From positions 1-64,000 of the IMG/VR virus record IMGVR_UViG_3300047510_001118: a DNA stretch of 64,000 nt. One strand, given 5' to 3'. The notes under the pieces are model-generated. The model was not told the origin of the DNA, made no database searches, and was given only the letters and a program-made list of their open reading frames with translations. Below are positions 57,326-64,000 of this stretch, in pieces. A program made the position numbers and the translations under genes. How positions within the stretch are numbered: the first letter of the stretch is position 1; every line of letters starts with the position of its first letter.

Positions 57326-57772
57326 TTATACAATCGAGGCATAGAAGATACTGTCAATTTTCTTCTTAGCCGCCCTTGCTTCGCTAGCCGCAATTTCGTA
57401 ACGCCACTGTGCGTTTTCCCTACTTACTTCATTTTGGCTAGTTTCTGCTGTTTTTCTGTAGAATAACGAATCTATATAGTGTTTTTTAAAAACAATATCC
57501 TGAGATTCGACTTCTTGAATCCTTGACAGTTTACGTTTTTCGTGTAGTTTACAAATAGCAAACGCCGATACTTTAAGGCAAACTGTTGAAATATGTTTCT
57601 TTTTTCCATCTACCACAGTCAATACGACCCAATCTTTGTCATCATTTCTAATCAGCATGTAATTCTTATATCTAATAAGATCCTTACTAATTTGTACAAA
57701 GATTCCCTGCTTTACAACAATCTCATGTAGTAGATTATCTAAATCTCTGGCCGCAGCCTTAATGTCAAACAT
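57326..57772 (-). CDS. hypothetical protein
   Basis: ORF in operon. Confidence 0.7.
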   Translation of the reverse strand: MFDIKAAARDLDNLLHEIVVKQGIFVQISKDLIRYKNYMLIRNDDKDWVVLTVVDGKKKHISTVCLKVSAFAICKLHEKRKLSRIQEVESQDIVFKKHYIDSLFYRKTAETSQNEVSRENAQWRYEIAASEARAAKKKIDSIFYASIV

Positions 57773-57965
57773 TTGGGTATACGTATGTGTTTTCTTTATT
57801 CTTTATTTTAATTAACAAACTTTTACGTACTAAACCCTCGATTATGGTTTTTTCTCTTTCTTCAAATGCGCTGATAGGTGTAAGGTCCTTGACTTTCACA
57901 AGAACTTCTTGCTCTTCTCGGCTACGCCAAATTTCAATACCTCTAGTAAATTCATTAATATTCAT
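57765..57965 (-). CDS. hypothetical protein
   Basis: Coupled ORF. Confidence 0.7.
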   Translation of the reverse strand: MNINEFTRGIEIWRSREEQEVLVKVKDLTPISAFEEREKTIIEGLVRKSLLIKIKNKENTYVYPNV

Positions 57966-58234
57966 TTTAATTCGGACATCTGCTTTCTAAGATCAGTAAT
58001 TTGTTTAGTGAGATCTGCTATTTGATCTTGTATTTGTTTCTTTTGATCCTGTACTTGTTTTTGATGTTGTGCTATTAGAAGTTGTTGTTGTTTTTGCTGA
58101 GCTCCCGGGTCTTGGGCAACCATTTGACTCTGCGGGTTGAGTGCAGCTCCCTGTGCGGTGGCGCCCGGAGCAGGTGCTGGACCTGGGGTACCAGCCATAG
58201 GTACTTGTTCTGATAGTAAGTCTGTTATCTTCAT
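57962..58234 (-). CDS. Gln-rich coiled-coil protein
   Basis: Coupled ORF. Confidence 0.7.
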   Translation of the reverse strand: MKITDLLSEQVPMAGTPGPAPAPGATAQGAALNPQSQMVAQDPGAQQKQQQLLIAQHQKQVQDQKKQIQDQIADLTKQITDLRKQMSELK

Positions 58235-58956
58235 ATTAATCTCTGTTCTATACTTAATTTCTCATCTTGCAATTCGCCAATATAACTATTTAATTTTTCT
58301 AGCCAACCTTGATTGCGTAGCATTTTAAATACCAAATTTTCAGTGCTAAATTCTCCGCCTTTTTCTAGGCCCGCCTTGCGCATACGTTTAATGTCGTTCC
58401 ACATATCTTCTGCTACTGCTAGACTTTCTTTGGTCAATACAGTAACTATGCGATCTCTATAATTCTTATATTTTTCTCTTACATCTAAATCATTGATGTC
58501 AATCTTTTGACGTTTTGGTTCTGATACCCAACTGTCATTTAACACAGAATAGATACCAAGACTATGATGTGGTTGACTAGAGTCTTGAGCATAAAGTTCT
58601 ACGTCAATGCCTCTAACTTTGATGTCATGTCTAGCATTATATACATTTTTCTTGGCATCAAGTAATTCGCGAAATTCTGGACGATCTGGAATAGACACTA
58701 TGATGTGTAAATCTAAATCGCTCTGCGGAGTATAACTGTAAGCGGCATTACTACCAGACACAGTGATATCTCTTATATCTAATTCAACTCCGATATATTC
58801 TTCAAAATGTTTGGCAATTTTAAGTAACGCTTGGCGCACTTCAGGACGCATAACTTCGTCCTTAAAAATTCTTGGATTTAAAATGTCGTGAAATATCACA
58901 GCATTGTCAACGCTGGAATCAGACGAGGGCTCTACAGTAAACTCTTTGATAAGCAT
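58231..58956 (-). CDS. nucleotidyltransferase-domain protein
   Basis: GS....Y...SDLDLH, VELY. Confidence 0.8.
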   Translation of the reverse strand: MLIKEFTVEPSSDSSVDNAVIFHDILNPRIFKDEVMRPEVRQALLKIAKHFEEYIGVELDIRDITVSGSNAAYSYTPQSDLDLHIIVSIPDRPEFRELLDAKKNVYNARHDIKVRGIDVELYAQDSSQPHHSLGIYSVLNDSWVSEPKRQKIDINDLDVREKYKNYRDRIVTVLTKESLAVAEDMWNDIKRMRKAGLEKGGEFSTENLVFKMLRNQGWLEKLNSYIGELQDEKLSIEQRLI

Positions 58957-58971
58957 ACTGTATTTAGTGGA

Positions 58972-59208
58972 TTAAAACTTTAGAATTAAAGTTGCGATTA
59001 AGCCAAGTAATCCTGCTACGATTGTAGTTGCTGAACTAATAATAACCTTACTCATGCTTTGGTTACCCTTCATGATGTCAGCGTGGATGCCTTCAACTTT
59101 GGCTTCGATAGTAGTTAGACGTGCCTCTAGGATCTGATAGCGTTGTGCGCATAGATCAACGTGGGCTTCTAAATTTTCTCTTTCTAATTTTGTGGTCTCA
59201 ATAGACAT
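58972..59208 (-). CDS. small coiled-coil protein with C-terminal TM
   Basis: LEAHVDLCAQRY motif. Confidence 0.7.
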   Translation of the reverse strand: MSIETTKLERENLEAHVDLCAQRYQILEARLTTIEAKVEGIHADIMKGNQSMSKVIISSATTIVAGLLGLIATLILKF

Positions 59209-59283
59209 TTACTCAGTTCCTTGCCGCTCCGGCTTAATTGTTGAGTAGCCTTTAAATGCCTAATAGTGTTTTTGCCTTTGCTA

Positions 59284-59703
59284 TTATTTATCACTCGCTA
59301 CCGAAATGATTGTGTTACAATCTGTATCGGATTCTGTATTAAAGATAGACGGACTAAATTTAGCAGTTTCGGTTAGACCAGATATCACTGGAATAAAGTT
59401 TAAATCTTTGACTAACAGTGCTGTCTCGTTACCTGTTGGATCTGTGTACGCACCTTCATACTCGATATAAAACTTAAAGGTCCAAACTCGCTGTGTTCCT
59501 TGATGTTTGAACCCAAAGGGATAACGACTAGTTTCTTCACTAACCGGTCTAGTAGTATTCAATGGATTGGCTCGCATACTGATTGTCTGTATCAACATAG
59601 CCAAATTTTGCTGTTGTTGATACTCAAATTCTTTGCCTGCTTCTTTTCGATATTGCTTTGTTTCAGTAATATCAACCAGTGTCCTAATAATGAATTCTTT
59701 CAT
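59284..59703 (-). CDS. hypothetical late protein
   Basis: TLVDIT.T motif; TAAATA upstream. Confidence 0.7.
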   Translation of the reverse strand: MKEFIIRTLVDITETKQYRKEAGKEFEYQQQQNLAMLIQTISMRANPLNTTRPVSEETSRYPFGFKHQGTQRVWTFKFYIEYEGAYTDPTGNETALLVKDLNFIPVISGLTETAKFSPSIFNTESDTDCNTIISVASDK

Positions 59704-59777
59704 GTCAGTATTTACTGGTCATAAAAAAAGCGCCACTGTAAAGTGACGCTTTCCTTCCCATCCCTAGGAATTACTGA

Positions 59778-60137
59778 TTATAGTGCTGGTGTAAAGATTG
59801 CTTCAACAGTTACAGTTGCGCCTGTACCGGCTGCGGCTGTAGTTGTGTTGAATGTACCTGTACCTTGAACACGGAAGTAAACAACATCTGTTACACCGCT
59901 TACAAATGCTGTACCGGCTGCTGTACCAAAACCTGCTACTGTGAAAGCGTCTGGACCGCCTACGTCTGTACCTGTACCGTCACCACCTGCGCTAGTAATA
60001 GCGTTGTAGATGTCATTTAGGTTGTCGTTTGTCATGTTGTCTAAAGCAACTTTAACAACTAGCTCACGACCTGCGTCGGATTGACTGATTGCAAATTTGC
60101 GGCTGTTTACACCTGCTGTAGATAATACTGATGCCAT
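59778..60137 (-). CDS. small virion structural protein (putative)
   Basis: Ala/Thr/Gly-rich, strong SD, followed by terminator at 59723-59752. Confidence 0.65.
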   Translation of the reverse strand: MASVLSTAGVNSRKFAISQSDAGRELVVKVALDNMTNDNLNDIYNAITSAGGDGTGTDVGGPDAFTVAGFGTAAGTAFVSGVTDVVYFRVQGTGTFNTTTAAAGTGATVTVEAIFTPAL

Positions 60138-60224
60138 AATATATTCTCCTCGTTGGCTTTGCCTACTACTCTGTAGGACTTGTATTTTTATTTAGCCAAA
60201 AGGATAAAAACTGGTGTATATGGG

Positions 60225-60500
60225 TTAGTTTTCGGGGTCGTTTTTAACGATTTTATGTGATTCAACGATCTTATGTACACCACGTTTAAATTTACGTGGA
60301 TCCCCAGCACGGATAGCGTTAAGAAAACGGCGCTCTAATTCAGCCGATTCTTCTTCGTTGAAGTGTTGACGTACCAATGATAATAAGTTCATAGCACTTT
60401 CGATAATACGTTGCCCTTTATTTTCTATAAGGAGTTCAGTATTTCTAGTATTGCCTAGACTGTTTAATTCTTCTAAAATACTACGGGTACGTTTTTTCAT
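60225..60500 (-). CDS. conserved hypothetical protein
   Basis: MKKRTRSILEEL... ORF. Confidence 0.75.
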   Translation of the reverse strand: MKKRTRSILEELNSLGNTRNTELLIENKGQRIIESAMNLLSLVRQHFNEEESAELERRFLNAIRAGDPRKFKRGVHKIVESHKIVKNDPEN

Positions 60501-60630
60501 ATTTCTTTTTCCGTTTGTTTTATTTACCTATCTATATTATACAATCAAGAAAAATAAAAAGCAAATAGTTCGATATTTGTGCGGTGCGCAACGTCTCAGT
60601 ATAAATACTGATACACACAAGGAGACAGAA

Positions 60631-60753
60631 ATGTTCAAAAAAATCATAAATTCAGTATGGAGTTTTTTCTGCGCTGTAGGCGAAGCACGATATGCCGCAG
60701 AGTTAGCTCGCAATGGCAAATGGCGTGAAGCACAAGAACTTGCCCAAAAATAA
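60631..60753 (+). CDS. 40-aa hypothetical protein
   Basis: TATAAATA at 60600 plus ACACACAAGGAGA SD. Confidence 0.65.
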   Translation: MFKKIINSVWSFFCAVGEARYAAELARNGKWREAQELAQK

Positions 60754-60755
60754 TC

Positions 60756-60965
60756 ATGTTTTACAAATTCAAGGAGGTTCCATATCAAATATGGGGGCCT
60801 TGGCGGAATCAATGGGGTTATGTCACTGAAGTAGCACAGTTCAGTGACAACGACCTTATTCTTAAAAGTCTAACACCTAGTAATAAAAAAATAGTTCGAC
60901 GATTCTGTCATTGGGAAGACTGTGCTGAAATGATTGAATTAATCGAACAAGATCGGAGATTTTAA
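60756..60965 (+). CDS. hypothetical protein
   Basis: ORF follows the previous gene. Confidence 0.55.
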   Translation: MFYKFKEVPYQIWGPWRNQWGYVTEVAQFSDNDLILKSLTPSNKKIVRRFCHWEDCAEMIELIEQDRRF

Positions 60966-61105
60966 ATGACACACACATATTGGCGACCAATGACAGACGA
61001 AGATGTCGAATGGGTAAATAATCCAGGAAAAAAATTATGTTAACTCTTGATTTATATCCTTTAGGCATATATAATACTACATACACAAACACACAAGGAG
61101 AAGTT

Positions 61106-61327
61106 ATGTTTACACCACACTTTTTTATCGATTCATTTCAAAGCACTAAAAAAATAGTTGCTGATCAGATTTTTAAAGATCCTGCCCTAAACAAAGCGGC
61201 ACATGCGTATATTGAAGCTCAAACACAGTTTGCCAAAATGGCAGTTAACAACACCATTGACATGGCTAAGTATTCTGTAGAATCAGTATCTAAGGTACTG
61301 TTTCCAAAGAAGGAAGGTACCTCCTAA
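61106..61327 (+). CDS. small helical protein, phasin-like
   Basis: FIDSFQ..KK, YIEAQTQFAK; strong SD. Confidence 0.55.
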   Translation: MFTPHFFIDSFQSTKKIVADQIFKDPALNKAAHAYIEAQTQFAKMAVNNTIDMAKYSVESVSKVLFPKKEGTS

Positions 61328-61361
61328 AGGTACAAGACATACACACACAAAGGAGAATATT

Positions 61362-61634
61362 ATGTCACAATTTGAAACACCAAAACTACCAGAAGTAAAA
61401 TTCAACAAAAACGGTTATGAAATCCGTGCAGATATTTTAGCACTTGCTAAAGATCAAGTACAAGCAGAATACAGTTATAAATTTAATGGTTGGGAAATGT
61501 CAGCCAAGCGTGACGAGAAGACTGGTCAGATCGTTACTACTGTTGGTATGCCGGAAGTTCCAGGAATCGATAAGGTTCTTGAAGCCGCTGAAAAAATGTA
61601 CAGTTTTGTTAATCAAGGTACAAATAAAAAATAA
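61362..61634 (+). CDS. hypothetical protein
   Basis: NGYEIR.DIL..AKD; strong SD. Confidence 0.75.
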   Translation: MSQFETPKLPEVKFNKNGYEIRADILALAKDQVQAEYSYKFNGWEMSAKRDEKTGQIVTTVGMPEVPGIDKVLEAAEKMYSFVNQGTNKK

Positions 61635-61663
61635 TAATATACTGGCATAGCCGTTTATACTAA

Positions 61664-61693
61664 TAAAAAAGGACTCTTCGGAGTCCTTTTTTT
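61664..61693. terminator. bidirectional terminator
   Basis: aaaaaaaggactc-ttcg-gagtccttttttt. Confidence 0.9.
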
Positions 61694-63227
61694 ATGCTGT
61701 TGCTGTACTAATAGTTTGTAAATTGTTTAACGCAGTCTGCATTTTAAGTTGAGTAGCGTGTTTGTTAAGTCCTACGCCACCATAGAAACTTTGACCACCT
61801 TTACTTGGAGAAGGTAAACCTGCCCAAATTCTAGATAGACGGTCTAAAAATCTTGTGTCATCTATTCTACCACGTAACCAGTCTTCCAGGCCGGCTTCTC
61901 TTAAAAAGACAATACCCATCTTGTCCTGATTCTCGGCTGTAAATTTATCTTTTGTAGGATCTAGTCCTGCTTTCTTCGCATAGTTAATAGTATTAAAGTG
62001 CATTATTTGATAGCGTCCTGCAGCACTGGAACCTGCTCTACGAGCATGTGCTAACTGATAAGATGCTAACTCTTCCATAGTCATATTTAAAATAGCCGGA
62101 TCACGTTTGCCACCAAACATTATATCATATTGGCCGCCACTTTCTGGACCAGCAACAAAATTAAGCACTTGTCCAACTTTGCCTTTTGTAACAGCATCAA
62201 GTTGTAAAGGTTTGCTGACATCTACCTTGCTTTGAGCTGGTCTAACTTCAGCCTGCGAACTCTTTTTCAATGTAGCCAATAGTTCTGGTTTGGCTTTAAG
62301 CATGGCATTCATCTTATCAACTGTTGCTTTGTCAGCATCACCAGTGGCCGGCAATCCATTCTTTTCTTGGAATGTTCTAATAGCAGCCGTTGTTTCTTTT
62401 CCTTGTAAGCCGTCAACACCAAATTTTGGTAATGGAACACCTAATGCTATCAATGCCTTCTGTACGTCAGCAGTTTGTGGGCTTCTTAAACTTGGTGGAA
62501 CTTCAACTACAAAGGATTGTTTATTAGGATCTTGTTCTTTATCACCTAACCCAACTTTGTTTAATACTTTATTACCAAATCTATCAAGAGAAGATTTTGG
62601 TTCTTTTGGTTCTTCTTTTGAACTTGATCCTGGTTCATTACTTCCAAAAGCAGTTGGTTTGGCTGAACTAACTACCTGTGATGCTACAACCTTATATGTA
62701 GACATACCAGCATGTACACCATCAGTTAGTGGTTTGCCGTTGATGTCAATAATCGGTATACCGCCAAGAGCACTTCTAATTGCAGCACGTACCTCTTCTT
62801 GAAACTCACCACCATAGAACTTGGCTTCTTTACTACCTCGTCCTGGACCGTTAGGGAATAATAAGAAAAGTACTTTTGAAGGTTGCTGTGCGTTAATTCT
62901 ATCTACCACACTGGAAACATCAGATGCGATTGATTGAGCAGTGCGGGATGGTTTTCCCGGAACCATGGCGTTAGCAGTATCGTTGGCTCCTAACGCTACT
63001 AATACCACAGAACCTTTGGGTATTTTTGGAATATTGGCCAACATCTGTTGTGTTCTTGGTGCTGGACCTTTGCTGGCCGCTGAAGGCACTCCTAAATTAA
63101 GCCATTTTACGCCTTTCATTACACCGCCCATTACGCCTACTGCATGTGCGTGGCTGTCACCGATAGCAACATAGACTGGTTCGGGTTCTGATTCAAAAAT
63201 TTGGGTTATAAATTCACGTGCTCTCAT
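61692..63227 (-). CDS. modular cell-wall enzyme: SGNH esterase + PG-binding + lysozyme-like domain
   Basis: GDSH/GAND/DGVH; VDG..G.ET..AI..FQ; ES.G.Y, AAGRYQ, F..ENQD. Confidence 0.85.
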   Translation of the reverse strand: MRAREFITQIFESEPEPVYVAIGDSHAHAVGVMGGVMKGVKWLNLGVPSAASKGPAPRTQQMLANIPKIPKGSVVLVALGANDTANAMVPGKPSRTAQSIASDVSSVVDRINAQQPSKVLFLLFPNGPGRGSKEAKFYGGEFQEEVRAAIRSALGGIPIIDINGKPLTDGVHAGMSTYKVVASQVVSSAKPTAFGSNEPGSSSKEEPKEPKSSLDRFGNKVLNKVGLGDKEQDPNKQSFVVEVPPSLRSPQTADVQKALIALGVPLPKFGVDGLQGKETTAAIRTFQEKNGLPATGDADKATVDKMNAMLKAKPELLATLKKSSQAEVRPAQSKVDVSKPLQLDAVTKGKVGQVLNFVAGPESGGQYDIMFGGKRDPAILNMTMEELASYQLAHARRAGSSAAGRYQIMHFNTINYAKKAGLDPTKDKFTAENQDKMGIVFLREAGLEDWLRGRIDDTRFLDRLSRIWAGLPSPSKGGQSFYGGVGLNKHATQLKMQTALNNLQTISTATA

Positions 63228-63272
63228 AGTACAGTATTTAGTATTTTTTATCTTTGACTAATAAATATTTTT

Positions 63273-63704
63273 GTGAAGGACATCTACGTTCGTACTTTTT
63301 ACACGCTGATCAAAGAGCGTGAACAGGAAACGGGATTTACTATGCCCGAACCAGTAGAACACTACTGTGTATTTTTGTTGGCAGAACGGGTTGAAAAAAC
63401 AGAGTTAATACCAGATCCTAGTTTTGCTGAAAAATATCTACAACTATACAGTGCCAAAGATCATACTGAAATAAAACATTTTGCTGACGACTGTTTATTT
63501 TTTACCAGTATACTTCCAGACTATGGAAAAAGACGCGGGTTAAACATGGACTACTACGCTACGTTAGGCATTAGCAGTTATTATGCTTATGGAGATCTAG
63601 TTAATGAATCGCTGTATACACACCTAGGAAATTACTTTTACCATCTACAAAAGTTTTTAGAATCAACGATCAAAAACAGACCGCTAATTAGTTTTGTTCT
63701 CTAA
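63273..63704 (+). CDS. hypothetical protein
   Basis: 143-aa ORF. Confidence 0.7.
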   Translation: MKDIYVRTFYTLIKEREQETGFTMPEPVEHYCVFLLAERVEKTELIPDPSFAEKYLQLYSAKDHTEIKHFADDCLFFTSILPDYGKRRGLNMDYYATLGISSYYAYGDLVNESLYTHLGNYFYHLQKFLESTIKNRPLISFVL

Positions 63705-63999
63705 CTTTTTCTACAGTAAAATCATCTCTGGTTAACGAAGGGTGACGTTCAATTACTCTATTAATAATATCTTCTTTGCTCTCGCCTTCAATTCTAGCCT
63801 GTTTACCATTTCTAGTCAGTGTAACAACATAGGTGCCAGGGCCTTGATCTTGGTCAACTTCTTCGTCATCTTTCTTTTCTTCTTCGCCGGAAGCAAAACT
63901 TAGAGGAAATCTCTGTTTTAGATCTTCAATTGCTGTGCCAACATCGTAGCCACCTGGAACTATTTCTTTGCTGGCGTCTTTGATTTCAGCAGCCTTAGA
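63688..63999 (-). CDS. 3' part of a gene continuing beyond the window
   Basis: Open frame from window edge to TAA at 63688. Confidence 0.6.
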   Translation of the reverse strand, partial: SKAAEIKDASKEIVPGGYDVGTAIEDLKQRFPLSFASGEEEKKDDEEVDQDQGPGTYVVTLTRNGKQARIEGESKEDIINRVIERHPSLTRDDFTVEKVREQN

Positions 64000-64000
64000 T

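Noticed and set aside
7257-63174. Numerous antisense or alternative-frame ORFs inside long genes
   Set aside because: Shadow ORFs of well-supported CDSs on the opposite strand or in another frame.

Overview
This is a 64 kb segment of a large (jumbo-type) tailed phage genome. It has T4-like TAAATA late promoters and consensus sigma70 early promoters. The auxiliary genes suggest a freshwater Betaproteobacterial host, which is an inference. Positions 960-5960 hold a minus-strand array of 28 tRNA genes covering all 20 amino acids if the CAT tRNA is Met. The array is interleaved with unannotated structured RNAs and an HNH endonuclease that sits inside a split tRNA-Leu. The main find is directly upstream (6428-6637) and is missed by the ORF track. 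It is a 48-codon leader ORF using all 20 amino acids and 35 different codons, coupled to mutually exclusive antiterminator/terminator hairpins. This is a candidate 'pan-tRNA-sensing' ribosome-mediated attenuator that would switch the phage tRNA array on when host tRNAs fail. The rest of the window encodes two virion fibre/structural proteins, ahpC/ahpD with an OxyR-like box, and a two-piece tmRNA whose intervening segment encodes a 24-aa membrane peptide. It also encodes cspA, ClpP/ClpS/Hsp20/DnaK, a desaturase, a curli-type CsgF/CsgG/curlin/FecR/autotransporter/CHASE2-cyclase module, heme oxygenase plus bilin reductase, guaC, ribosomal protein bS21, Isc/SOD/glutaredoxin/nrdAB, and late virion-associated genes including a probable -1 programmed frameshift. 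All calls come from reading the sequence and motifs by eye; no database searches were run.
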